Source: Pirellulales bacterium
Lineage (GTDB): Bacteria > Planctomycetota > Planctomycetia > Pirellulales > JAICIG01
Direction: 5' to 3'
Assembly: GCA_040901675.1 (NCBI GenBank)
Contig: JBBDYJ010000013.1
Coordinates: 64,001-128,000, forward strand
DNA length: 64,000 nucleotides
This document shows positions 54,802 to 64,000 of this stretch, one piece after another. The notes below the pieces were generated by a model. That model had not been told where the DNA came from. It saw nothing but the letters and a program-made list of their open reading frames with translations, and did not search any database. The position numbers were made by a program, and so were the translations under genes. The stretch's first letter is position 1. The number at the start of each line of letters is the position of its first letter.

Positions 54802-55989
54802 TTATCGGGCGGCCAGAATCGGCAGCACCTCGGTCTGCGGATTGCCGGTCACGTGGACCCGCCCTTCGCCGTCGACGAACACGTTGACCTCGCTGCGGAC
54901 GCCAAACTCCGGCAGGTAGATGCCTGGCTCGACGGAAAAGCAGGTGCGGCGCAGCACTAGCCGCTCTTCGTGCGTCTCCAGGTCGTCCATGTTCGCCCCG
55001 TTCCCATGGGTTTCCTGCCCAATGCTGTGGCCGGTCCGGTGGACGAAGGACTGGCCGTAGCCGGCTTCGTCGATCACGTCGCGGGCGGCCCGGTCGACCT
55101 CCCAGCCCGCCAGCGGGCGGTTCTGGGCAAATGCCTGCCGCACCGTGGCGATGGCCGCGTCGCGGGCGCGGGCCACGATTTCGAAGATCCTGCCGTACTT
55201 GTCAGGCACTTGGCTGCCGGCAAAGCCGACGCGCGTCAGGTCGCTATAGACCGAGCGGGGCTGGTCGAGCTTGCCCCACAAGTCGATGAGAACGAAGGCG
55301 CCCTCCACAATCGCGGCATCGGCGCCGGGCTGCGGCGCGTAATGAGGGTCGCCGCTGTGCGGCCCGACCGCGACAATCGGCGGGTGCGCAGTCACCAATC
55401 CATGGGCGAAAAAATGCTCCAGTATCTCGCCCTGCACGTCGGTCTCGCGCACGCTGCCGGCCGAGCCAAGCTGGCGGGCGATGTAGCTCCAGGCACGCTC
55501 GAATGCCGATTGGGTATGGCGGTCGGCCTCGAGGTGCATCCGCCACTGGTCGTCGTCCCAGGTGGCCTCGAAAAGTTGGACCAGGTCGCCCGATCCAACC
55601 ACGTCGATTCCGTTTTGACGAACGAGCTCGACCGTGCCTGCATCGACCCGCGAGATGTACGGATTCGCGTTGCGCGGCGAGTATTCCATGGCCACGCACC
55701 GCAGGCCCTTCACGAGCCCGGCCATCCCCGCTTCCAGTTGTTGCCAGGTGAGGTAAACGGTCTTGGAGCCGGGCAGGTGGTCGAGTGCCGCGGCTTCGAT
55801 ACGGTGCACCAGCTTCCTGGGCTCCCCCGCGGCCGGCACGCAGTAGAAAAACCGCCGCGAACCGACTTCCTTTTCGCCCAGACCCAGCACGCGCCGGGCC
55901 AGCACGTTGCTGCCGCGAAAGTCGTACATCAGCCAGCCGTCCAGCCGCCACTGGCGAAGGGCCTCTTGGACGGCGTGCAAGTCGAACAT
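54802..55989 (-). CDS. M24 family (Xaa-Pro) metallopeptidase
   Basis: PHY, IDLW, YSDLTR, HRTGHSIG, VEPGIY, GVRSE. Confidence 0.92.
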   Translation of the reverse strand: MFDLHAVQEALRQWRLDGWLMYDFRGSNVLARRVLGLGEKEVGSRRFFYCVPAAGEPRKLVHRIEAAALDHLPGSKTVYLTWQQLEAGMAGLVKGLRCVAMEYSPRNANPYISRVDAGTVELVRQNGIDVVGSGDLVQLFEATWDDDQWRMHLEADRHTQSAFERAWSYIARQLGSAGSVRETDVQGEILEHFFAHGLVTAHPPIVAVGPHSGDPHYAPQPGADAAIVEGAFVLIDLWGKLDQPRSVYSDLTRVGFAGSQVPDKYGRIFEIVARARDAAIATVRQAFAQNRPLAGWEVDRAARDVIDEAGYGQSFVHRTGHSIGQETHGNGANMDDLETHEERLVLRRTCFSVEPGIYLPEFGVRSEVNVFVDGEGRVHVTGNPQTEVLPILAAR

Positions 55990-56029
55990 GGCGGTGGCCG
56001 CCGGGCGGCGGGTGGGACCCACGAATAGC

Positions 56030-56959
56030 TCAGGCCAGGTCTCGGTTGTCGAACAACAGCAAGGCAAGCAGCAGCGCAATCAGCACGTACAGGCCCGCAT
56101 AGACGCCGGCCGAGCCCACGTACTCCCAGGGCACCGCCTGTCCCGTGGCCACCGCGCCTTCCGCTCGAAAGAACTCCAGCACCGGCAGCAGCGTGGCGAT
56201 CAGCCTGCCCATGAAAGTCACCAGCGGCAGCTTCCCGATCGACGACTCCACCAGCAACGGAGTCAAGTGGCCGAGCACATAGATCGAGAAGCAAATGATC
56301 AGGTTGGGCAGCATGGGCAGCTTCGTCGAAATCGCGATGCTGATCGACGCCAGCACCGCCGTTTCCAAAAATGCCAGCACCAGGGCCGGCACGATCTGCA
56401 GCATTTCCTCCTGGCACTGCTCCGCGGTCGGCGGCGAATGCGAAAGCTCGCTGGCTTCGTAGGGCACTTTGTACGAGATCGTCGTCAGAAACACCATGCT
56501 CAACAACACGAACATGGTGAACGCCGGCGCCAGCACCCCCAGGAACTTGCCCAGCACGAACTGCGGGCGCTTGACCGGCTTGGAAAGAAGCGTCAACGCG
56601 GTGCGGCCTTCGATCTCGGCCGAGATCGAGACGCTGGCCAACCAGACGGCCAGGCCGATCGAGAGCAGCATGATCAACGTCAGGCCCGAGTCCTTGATGA
56701 CCTTGATGTCTTCACCGAACGTGTTGTAAGGAATGAAGACGAACAGCACCAGCAACAGGCTGCCCAGCGCCAGCTCCACCCAGAACAACGGCTGGTTCCA
56801 GCCCTCCTTGGCCGCCGTCCGGGCGATGGCGGCCACCTTGGGAAATACCAGCTTCAGCAGCAGATACACCAGCAGCATGGCGCCCATGGCCGCCAGGCCC
56901 CCGGCCGCCACCAGCCAGAGCGGGACCAGCCAGCTATACCAGGCGGCCAAAAGCACCAT
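56030..56959 (-). CDS. ABC-2-type transporter permease
   Basis: Multiple TMs; EIEGRTALTLLSKPVKRPQFVLGKFLG; C-terminal FDNRDLA. Confidence 0.88.
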   Translation of the reverse strand: MVLLAAWYSWLVPLWLVAAGGLAAMGAMLLVYLLLKLVFPKVAAIARTAAKEGWNQPLFWVELALGSLLLVLFVFIPYNTFGEDIKVIKDSGLTLIMLLSIGLAVWLASVSISAEIEGRTALTLLSKPVKRPQFVLGKFLGVLAPAFTMFVLLSMVFLTTISYKVPYEASELSHSPPTAEQCQEEMLQIVPALVLAFLETAVLASISIAISTKLPMLPNLIICFSIYVLGHLTPLLVESSIGKLPLVTFMGRLIATLLPVLEFFRAEGAVATGQAVPWEYVGSAGVYAGLYVLIALLLALLLFDNRDLA

Positions 56960-57104
56960 ATCACTTGCATTGCAAAGCATCGCGGCCTCGGGAAACGGAC
57001 GGTATGGAAGGAGATCGGATTCCTTGGATTGATTCAGCGACGATGTCAGGAAGACCTTGATTCAGAGACTCTGTGATTCAGAAACTCTGTTGCCGGACTG
57101 ACCG

Positions 57105-57395
57105 CTAGAGTTGGATTTCGAAATCGTCGAACTCACCCGTGGCCGGCAGCGACTGCGAATGGCTGCCGGCGATGTACCGGCCCAACTCGGCGGTGACGGC
57201 TTCCAGGAACGCGTCCAACTCGTCGGCCTGGGCCTCGGCCACGACCAGCACTCGCCCGTCGGGCAGATTGCGGACGAGTCCGGCCACCGGAAACCGCTGG
57301 GCAATCTGCCGGGTGGTATAGCGAAAGCCGACACCCTGCACGCGCCCCTGAAAATAGACCTGGCGGCGCTGGAGGCCGGCCGCTTGTTTCGACAC
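57105..57395 (-). CDS. acyP: Acylphosphatase
   Basis: GRVQGVGFR, GLVRNLPDGRV. Confidence 0.93.
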   Translation of the reverse strand: MSKQAAGLQRRQVYFQGRVQGVGFRYTTRQIAQRFPVAGLVRNLPDGRVLVVAEAQADELDAFLEAVTAELGRYIAGSHSQSLPATGEFDDFEIQL

Positions 57396-57714
57396 GGAAA
57401 TTTTTCCAAGCTCCTCAGCTAACAACTCCTCAGGCTAGCTTCCTCAAGCCGGGCGGCGCGGGCAATACTCGGCTGTACGCGGCCGGGCCGGATTCGGTTC
57501 GGTCCCGTCTACCGGTATGCCAGTCTACCGGTATCCCAGCCTGCCAGTATATTTGTGTCCAGTATAAACGTCCGCCCCTTGTTTGCCAGCCAGGCTCCGC
57601 GAGGCCGGCAATCGGCCGGCGCCCTCCAAATCGGCCGAGGCGGTCGATCTCGGTGGGCTGCCGCTTTGCAGGCTGTCTTGACCTGGCCGGCGGGTTGTCC
57701 TACTGTCCGCCCCC

Positions 57715-58833
57715 ATGCCCGAGCATCTCATTCGCAAAACGCTCCGTCCGGCGGCCGCGCCGCTGGCCTGCCTGCTGCTGCTTTGGGCCGCCGTCCAGGC
57801 CCAATCGCCCCTGCGGTTGGCGCCGGTGGAGGGCCACTTGCTGCTGGCCAACGGCGAGGTGCTTTCGGGCAAGGTCACCCGGGCCGGCGACCATTACTTT
57901 GTGGCGATCGACGAGGGCGAGATCCGTCTCAAGGCGGCCGACGTCGACACGTTCTGCGAGAGCCTGGACCAGGCCTACGAGTGGAAGCGCTTGACCATCG
58001 AGGCCGGCAAGGCTTCGGACCATCTCCAGTTGGCCGATTGGTGCTTGCGGCAGCAGTTGCTGGGATGCGCCGTCCGCGAGCTTCGCGATGCGCTAGCCGC
58101 CGAGCCGGGCCATCCGGGGATCGCCGTGATCGAGCGGCGGCTGGAACAGGCGCGGCAGCGGCCGGCACCCACCAAGGCCAACAGCCGGAAGGCCGATTCG
58201 GCGCCGACGAACGACGAGCTCGACCGCATGGTGCGTGGCATGCCGCCCGGCGCCATCGAGGATTTCATGCACACGGTCCAGCCTCTGCTGGTCAACCATT
58301 GCTCCAGCTCCGGTTGTCACGGCCCCCGCTCCGAAACCGCCTTCAGCCTGTTCCGCATCCCGCCGGGACGCACGCCCAGCCGGCGGTTGACACAACGCAA
58401 CCTCCACGCGGTGTTGCAACTGCTCGCGGACGAACCCCGGCAAAGCCCTTTGCTGCTCGTTCCCCTCCAGCCGCATGGCGGCGCCAAGGCGGCCATCTTT
58501 ACCAATCGCCAGGCCGCCCAGTATCGGCAACTCTACCGCTGGGTCCACTCCGTCAGGGGCCGAGGACCGAAAGCCTCGCCGGCCAGCGTGGCGGATCCGG
58601 TTGGCCCGCTGTTACAGAGCATCTCAGTGGACGACGTTCTGTTATTCGACGACGTGCCCGGCGAGGACGGCGACGGCGAGCCCCACATGCGGCGGCGGAT
58701 GCCGTTGAGCCACGGTATCGGCGACCCGCCGGCCGACAGCGGCGAAGACGCCGATGAGGTCGAGAATGGCGACCTCGTGCCGGCCGACCCCTTCGACGCC
58801 GAGATTTTCAATCGGCGCTACCGGCCACGATGA
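57715..58833 (+). CDS. Secreted hypothetical protein with a CX4CH motif
   Basis: Signal peptide; HLQLADWC; VQPLLVNHCSSSGCHG; PHGG. Confidence 0.7.
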   Translation: MPEHLIRKTLRPAAAPLACLLLLWAAVQAQSPLRLAPVEGHLLLANGEVLSGKVTRAGDHYFVAIDEGEIRLKAADVDTFCESLDQAYEWKRLTIEAGKASDHLQLADWCLRQQLLGCAVRELRDALAAEPGHPGIAVIERRLEQARQRPAPTKANSRKADSAPTNDELDRMVRGMPPGAIEDFMHTVQPLLVNHCSSSGCHGPRSETAFSLFRIPPGRTPSRRLTQRNLHAVLQLLADEPRQSPLLLVPLQPHGGAKAAIFTNRQAAQYRQLYRWVHSVRGRGPKASPASVADPVGPLLQSISVDDVLLFDDVPGEDGDGEPHMRRRMPLSHGIGDPPADSGEDADEVENGDLVPADPFDAEIFNRRYRPR

Positions 58834-58841
58834 GGCCGCCT

Positions 58842-59525
58842 TCAGGTGGCCGTCAGCCAGTCGTATTTCCAGAAGGGGTTGCCGCATTCGGCGCAGCGGT
58901 CGCCGTTTTCCAGCAGGTGTCCATGGCACTGCTGACAGTCGCTGATGGCCGGCAGCAAGAGATTCTGGCGTTTGCGCGACTCGGCGGCACGGGCCTGGTC
59001 CGAGAAGGCAACGTTCGTGGCGATCGAGACGGCCAGCGGCAGCAACCGGTAGACGATCAGCGGGGCCCGGCGGGCTTCGGGCATGGTGCGCTCCAGCACC
59101 TCGGAGAACCCTCGCCGGCGGTCGTCGGGCACTTTGGGCAGGTAGGAAGCCAGCCGCTGTTGCGCGCCGGGCAAGTCGAGGCCGTCACCCAGCCGCATCC
59201 GCCCCAACCAACGCAAATACCAATCGTCCTGGACGGCCAGGTAGGCGTTCTGCCGCACTTCAACCGCCGATTCGACCAGGGTGTACAGCTCGATCTCCCG
59301 CCGCGTGCGCTCCTCGGTTTGAATCGCCGAAACGGGCATCAGCATCGAATCGCGGCCGATGATCCGCTCGACGTCGAATTGCACGCGCGTCAGAAACGAA
59401 TCGCAGACCACGTCCAGGCCGTCGGCCAGGCTCGCGGCAACCGCTGCGCCGTCGGCGCGGGACAGGTGCAGGTTGAAGGCCTCGGCAGCTTCCGTTCGCC
59501 GTCGGCGCCGGTCTTCCAGGGCCAT
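58842..59525 (-). CDS. Hypothetical protein with a C-terminal zinc ribbon
   Basis: CQQCHG...CAECGNPFW; coding-like codon bias. Confidence 0.75.
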   Translation of the reverse strand: MALEDRRRRRTEAAEAFNLHLSRADGAAVAASLADGLDVVCDSFLTRVQFDVERIIGRDSMLMPVSAIQTEERTRREIELYTLVESAVEVRQNAYLAVQDDWYLRWLGRMRLGDGLDLPGAQQRLASYLPKVPDDRRRGFSEVLERTMPEARRAPLIVYRLLPLAVSIATNVAFSDQARAAESRKRQNLLLPAISDCQQCHGHLLENGDRCAECGNPFWKYDWLTAT

Positions 59526-59875
59526 GGAACGAACCCCTCAGAGTTTTTGCGCCCGCCCGGCGCTCGACGGCCGGGCCAGACCTTGGAGCCAGCCACATCG
59601 TGAACCGCGTCTACGGCAGATTCTATCACCGGCCCGGCCTTCAAGCCACCAACGGCCCCCCCTCCCGAACTGCCGGCCCGCCTGCCCCGCCGTGAAGCCG
59701 GCGACCGAACTGCCCCGCGCTGTGTAGCCAGGCGGTCGTAAGATTCGGTCTCTGCCGGCGGCTACGTCAGGTGAACGCCTGGCGGGCGTGCTCGACGCCT
59801 TGGAACCAATGCTTGCCGGCACGCGAGGCGGCCTCGGTCATCCGACCCGCCTGGCCCACTGCCCGGTGAAACCAG

Positions 59876-60215
59876 CGGCCAAACTTGCAGGTCGTAGATC
59901 TTGCGGTCGGGCGGCTTGAGCCACCGGAGCGCCGCCGACAGCAGGTCCGCGCGCTCTGCCAGCTCGGCGGGGGCCGGACTGCGGCGCCGGCAAGTCGAGT
60001 TCAGCAACGGTGAGATGGGAATTAAGACACCCATAAATCTGACCGAGTGCATCCGTGAGCGCTTTGTCGTGACGCAGCGAGAGGTGCTGAACTAGCACGC
60101 TGATTCAGCCCGCCGATTCGGTTCCGCCGTCGAGACCGAACTTGGCCCGCAGCTTCTGCTTGCAGCGTGCAATGCGCATCCGAACGGCGTCGACCGTGCT
60201 GCCGATCGCGGTCGA
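59876..60215 (-). pseudogene. Fragments resembling ECF sigma factor region 4
   Basis: AIGSTVDAVRMRIARCKQKLRAKF-stop(60105), and separately ELDLPAPQSGP/(frameshift in C5)/AELAERADLLSAALRWLKPPDRKIYDLQVW. Confidence 0.5.
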
Positions 60216-60412
60216 GGCACTGCGGGGGAAGCCGGGCCAGCCGGCAGCGGCGGACACGTGCTCGAATGTGCCGAACTGGGGCCGGTTTTTCGGCCCGGCC
60301 GGAGGGGAAGGGGCAGAGGGAGGGGGAAAAAACTTGCACAACCGACCCCGGAGTGCGACAATGCCCCCCGTCCAATCCAGGCGAACGTTGGTCGAAGAGC
60401 GAGGGCCGCGGC

Positions 60413-61246
60413 ATGGATGGCACCGAACTCAGGCATGGCCTGTTTTACTTGCTGGTCCCCGTGGGCCTGGTAATCTTCGTCGCGCTTTCGGTCTGCTTCC
60501 TGATACGCGACTACCTTTGCCCTCATTGCGGCGCCGAAAACTCCTCGAAGCGCGGAAACTGCCCCGACTGCGGGCATCCGATGGTTCCCGACAAGCCGGT
60601 GGTGGAATCCGCGGAAGCCGTCCCGCGCAAGCCGCCGGTGCCATGGCCGGCCTGGCCGATCGTGTTGACGGTCGTCGCCGCCCTGGCCATCTGCCAATTC
60701 GGCCCGCAGCGCTACGACGGCGCCGCCGGCCATTATGAGATCTACCGCGGCTGGCCCGTCGCCTGTCACTTCGACTACAACATCCCCTCGCGCCGGGCCG
60801 CGATGGAAGGCCGCGTCGAGTTCAGGCGCGGCGTCCGGCTGAGAGTGACCGGGCTGGTGTTCGACATGGCCGTGTCGTTATTGATCGCCGCCTCCACAAT
60901 TTCGGTTTGCGAGGGGATGCTGCGCCGGCCGACCGGGGCCAGGCTCCGTTGGAGAGTGGCCGTGGCGGTCCTGGCGATGATGGTTGCGGCGTTGTTGGCG
61001 GCAGCGGTGGTCAGCGAATCGGGCGCCCCTCGGTTTCCCTACATGTGGCAGGGACGCGTGCCCACGATCATCCAGAGTCCCACGGCCGCCTGGTGCCTCT
61101 GGTACGTGCGCTTGCCGTTGTTGTTCGGCGTCGGCTGCGGCGTCTATACGGGTTGCCGGCTGGTGGTCGTCGGGCTCTGCCAGTTGGCGCAGAAGACTTT
61201 GCGAAGGCCGATGGCCGTAAGCGTGCCCTTGGCTCCGGCTAGCTGA
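60413..61246 (+). CDS. Membrane protein with a zinc ribbon
   Basis: TM, CPHCG...CPDCG, several further TMs, YRGWP motif. Confidence 0.7.
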   Translation: MDGTELRHGLFYLLVPVGLVIFVALSVCFLIRDYLCPHCGAENSSKRGNCPDCGHPMVPDKPVVESAEAVPRKPPVPWPAWPIVLTVVAALAICQFGPQRYDGAAGHYEIYRGWPVACHFDYNIPSRRAAMEGRVEFRRGVRLRVTGLVFDMAVSLLIAASTISVCEGMLRRPTGARLRWRVAVAVLAMMVAALLAAAVVSESGAPRFPYMWQGRVPTIIQSPTAAWCLWYVRLPLLFGVGCGVYTGCRLVVVGLCQLAQKTLRRPMAVSVPLAPAS

Positions 61247-62669
61247 CCGCTGCCAGCTCGGCCGCGGCAAAGTATTCCTCGAAGGTCGGATCGCCCAAAA
61301 AGCGGGCCCCCACGCCGGCTAACGAAAGCTGGCCGGCTTGCAGCGAATCGAGCCAGAACCCCCTGCCCTGGCTCTCGCCCGCTCGGTGCAAGAACGCCGC
61401 GTAATAGCCGTCGACGGCCCGCAGATCCGCTTCCGGCGAAGCTGCAATGCGCTGGGCCACTTGCTCGCGCGGGGCGCCTTGATGCATTTCCCGCGTCCAC
61501 CACGCCAGGCTTTCGCCGTCCGCCGGCCGCGACAGCACGTCGCGGAACACTTCGGCCACAAAGGCCGCCTCGTCCGCGCGCTCAAGCTGGTACTCGTCGC
61601 TGGCCAGCATGCCGGCCACGACCTGCCTCTCATCGGCCCCGACCAGGAAAGCATCGACCCACCACGACCGGCCCTCGGCATCCGCGGGACGCTGGAACAA
61701 CGTCGAATAGTAGCGGTCGACCTGGTAACCGCGATGCTCGGCCGACCGCCAGATGCCGCCGGCCACGTCCTCGCGCGATGCGCCGGCGGCAAGTTGTTCT
61801 CGCCAGTGAGCGGCCCCCGCCTCGTCGGCCTCCCGGCCGAGCAGGTTGCGGTAGATGCCATGGATGGCGGCGGTCTGCGCGTCGTCGAGCGCCGGGAAGC
61901 GGTGGGCGGCCACTTCGATCGGCGACACCTGGCTGATGAGCACGTTGCCGGCGTCGCGCCCCTCGACGCTGGCGCCGCTGGCCAGCACCAACTGGTGGCC
62001 GCCTCCTTCAGGCGCCGTGATGATGACCCCATGATCGGGTGTGTGCTGCTGCCTGACCATGGCCGAGCCGGGGTGCAGACCTTGGAAGCGGTAGGAACCG
62101 TCGGGCCCGGTAACGGCCGCCGGTTCGCCGGCATCCGAAGCGCCGTTGTGGCTCAGGTCCAGGTACACCATGCGGCCGGGCAGCCCCGGCTCGGGCGGAT
62201 CCTGGGCGCCGGAAGCGTTGTAGTCGAGGAACACCGTGCCGCTCACCTGTCCGGGCAGCAGCTCGTCAGCGGCGCCGGGGGCTGGTTCGTGGTCTTCAAC
62301 CGGCTCCTGGTCCACAACCGGACTGACGGCATCGCCGATGCCGTCCGCCGGTTCCGCCGGTTCGAGCGGCAGTGGGCCGAGCGGTCCACCAAGGGGCACG
62401 TCAGCGTCTGGCGGGGAAGAATCGCCGGGCGGCAAACAGGCATGCGCCGTCGACGGGGCGCTTGGCGTCTGCTGGCTGACGAACGGCGCGACATCGAATG
62501 CCCCGTGGCCGCCTCCGGCTGACAACGCGGCCGGCGCCAGCTCGGCCGCCATTGCCACCGCCAGCAGGGCGCGGCCTTCGAGCGGCTGGATCGCCAGGCG
62601 GCGATAGAGCGACGAGACCGTCCGGGGCTTGTCCTTGCGCAAAGCGCGATCGGGGCCGTGCCGCTGCAT
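61239..62669 (-). CDS. Planctomycete extracellular protein with SdrD-B-like and DUF4214-like repeats
   Basis: RRLAIQPLEGRALLA; VSGTVFLDYNASG...EPGLPG...GSYRF; repeated YxxLLxRxADxxGxxxW. Confidence 0.82.
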   Translation of the reverse strand: MQRHGPDRALRKDKPRTVSSLYRRLAIQPLEGRALLAVAMAAELAPAALSAGGGHGAFDVAPFVSQQTPSAPSTAHACLPPGDSSPPDADVPLGGPLGPLPLEPAEPADGIGDAVSPVVDQEPVEDHEPAPGAADELLPGQVSGTVFLDYNASGAQDPPEPGLPGRMVYLDLSHNGASDAGEPAAVTGPDGSYRFQGLHPGSAMVRQQHTPDHGVIITAPEGGGHQLVLASGASVEGRDAGNVLISQVSPIEVAAHRFPALDDAQTAAIHGIYRNLLGREADEAGAAHWREQLAAGASREDVAGGIWRSAEHRGYQVDRYYSTLFQRPADAEGRSWWVDAFLVGADERQVVAGMLASDEYQLERADEAAFVAEVFRDVLSRPADGESLAWWTREMHQGAPREQVAQRIAASPEADLRAVDGYYAAFLHRAGESQGRGFWLDSLQAGQLSLAGVGARFLGDPTFEEYFAAAELAAVS

Positions 62670-62934
62670 GGCCTTCTCCTTTGAATATCAACTACCAACG
62701 ATCAAGGTGAGAAGAACGCCGAGGGTAAAAGGCACATCGCGTGCCACGGCCACCGTGGAGACCATCGGCCGGCAGCGCCGCCGTGCGCCATGTTGTTGCG
62801 GCGCCAGCCATTTCCGGCTGCCGGGTTTGCGGTCTGGGCCCGGCGCGTCAAGACCCATCGCGGCCGGAAGAATTGAAGAAACTTCCTACGGCGTTGGGAA
62901 AAATCTGCTCAGGCTCGCTGCTAGCACGGCCGAG

Positions 62935-63054
62935 CTACATGAGTTTCCCAAGCAGCCAGAAAAGAAGCAGAAAGATGATGATCGTCGAAATGCAGCCGCC
63001 GCCCAGCTTCTTGGCTCCGTATCCAGCCAACAGAGCACGCAACAGGTTTCGCAT
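62935..63054 (-). CDS. 39-aa small membrane protein
   Basis: MRNLLRALLAGYGAKKLGGGCISTIIIFLLLFWLLGKLM-TAG; AAGG upstream; directly follows the REC gene. Below the ORF-track cutoff. Confidence 0.7.
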   Translation of the reverse strand: MRNLLRALLAGYGAKKLGGGCISTIIIFLLLFWLLGKLM

Positions 63055-63066
63055 GGAAGATCCGCC

Positions 63067-63471
63067 TTAGACGGAATGAGGGCGAGTGGCCCAGGCGATG
63101 GCGTCTTCCAGTTGCGCCAGCGTGGCGGGCTTCATGAGATACGATTCCACGTGCCCCTGCTGCGCTCGCCGGAGGAATTGGAGACTGCCATAGCCGGACA
63201 GCACGATGACCGGCGTATGCGTTTCCTCGAAGATCAGGTCCGCCGCGTCGAGGCCGTCCATCTCCGGCATTTTGATATCGGCGATGACCACGTCGGCAGG
63301 CGTATCGTGGCAACGGTCGACCAGTTGGCGTCCGGTTGCGACCTGGAAGACCACCTCGTGCCCTAAATGGCGAAGCATTCGACCCAGCACCCGGCGTGCA
63401 GCCGGATCGTCGTCGGCAAGTCCCACCCGAAGGTGGGCGCGCTCGGTGGCGTCAGCGATGGTTCTTGTCAT
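63067..63471 (-). CDS. Response regulator receiver (AmiR/NasT-like REC lacking ANTAR)
   Basis: LADDD...LGHEVV...ADIKMPEMDGL...PVIVLSGY...YLMKP...AIAWA, then stop. Confidence 0.85.
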   Translation of the reverse strand: MTRTIADATERAHLRVGLADDDPAARRVLGRMLRHLGHEVVFQVATGRQLVDRCHDTPADVVIADIKMPEMDGLDAADLIFEETHTPVIVLSGYGSLQFLRRAQQGHVESYLMKPATLAQLEDAIAWATRPHSV

Positions 63472-63833
63472 TCGACGTTGGCGACGAGAAGTGAGGATTC
63501 GAAAGGCATCTGGAATTCAATACGCGGTTCTCCAACAAGTCGCATTGGTCGCGCAGCTTGCTCGGGTTCATGTTTCCAGGCTCGAAATTGGCTCGCCCCG
63601 ACTCGACGCTCTTCTCTGGCCCGGCCCACAAAACTCGTCGGACCCCCGCAGAGGATATGCACACGCTGTGCCCATCTCCGGTAATTGCCTTCGACAAACG
63701 AGTTAGCGCGAGGTGCCCGCTGGTTTCGGCCGTGCAGAATTCAGATTGGCAGCATTGGAAGCTGCCCCGGGGGGCATACCCCGGCCGGGGGCTCGAGCCG
63801 CCTCAGGGGGCCAGACAGGCAAACAAGCGCAGC

Positions 63834-64000
63834 CTAGTCCCACCACCAGGCATCATTGTCCGGCGGAGTCTGATTGCCGCGAATAGAGGTCAAGGCGTCG
63901 CTTGGCTCGATCGATTCCAGTGCCCCCCACGAATCGATCACGACTCCTCCCGAAACGCAGATCACCCAGTTGCCTCCCTTTCTCACAAAACTTGCCGCGG
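63834..64000 (-). CDS. Possible 3' end of a hypothetical gene (partial)
   Basis: Open frame ...GGNWVICVSGGVVIDSWG...DNDAWWWD-TAG(63834). No recognisable motif. Confidence 0.3.
   Translation of the reverse strand, partial: AASFVRKGGNWVICVSGGVVIDSWGALESIEPSDALTSIRGNQTPPDNDAWWWD

Noticed and set aside
63452..63706. Small ORFs upstream of the last receiver gene
   Set aside because: No motifs or coding-like bias; probably a promoter region.

Overview
GC-rich bacterial chromosome segment, most likely Planctomycetota (Pirellulales-like). This is inferred from the planctomycete-type 'RRLxxQPLEGRALLA' N-terminal motif, the 'EDGPTAVEY' Flp pilin, a DUF1571-like protein, an ASPIC/UnbV protein, and mraZ-rsmH without ftsL/ftsI. 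Order from 5': end of an alpha/alpha-toroid protein; two tatA genes; tRNA-Val(CAC) with a duplicated 3' half enclosing a PIN toxin-antitoxin pair; an orphan structured non-coding element resembling an IS110 end; a complete Wsp/ACF-type chemosensory operon (NarX-P-box-like MCP, double-Hpt CheA, hybrid-kinase output); a divergent kinase remnant-REC-hybrid kinase-HD-GYP operon; a prenyltransferase-fold/DUF362/ASPIC-UnbV/NHL operon; a partial Tad/Flp pilus operon behind a long structured leader with a c-di-GMP-I riboswitch and a cluster of CsrA-type GGA motifs before the secretin; housekeeping genes (ftsH, recQ, queA, mraZ, rsmH, skp, lpxC, lpxA); a membrane-anchored double-LysM gene where ftsL normally sits; a degenerate HD-GYP paralogue; scrambled ECF-sigma-like fragments; several small ORFs missed by the track; and REP-like palindromes. 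All family calls come from motif recognition by eye. No database searches were run.
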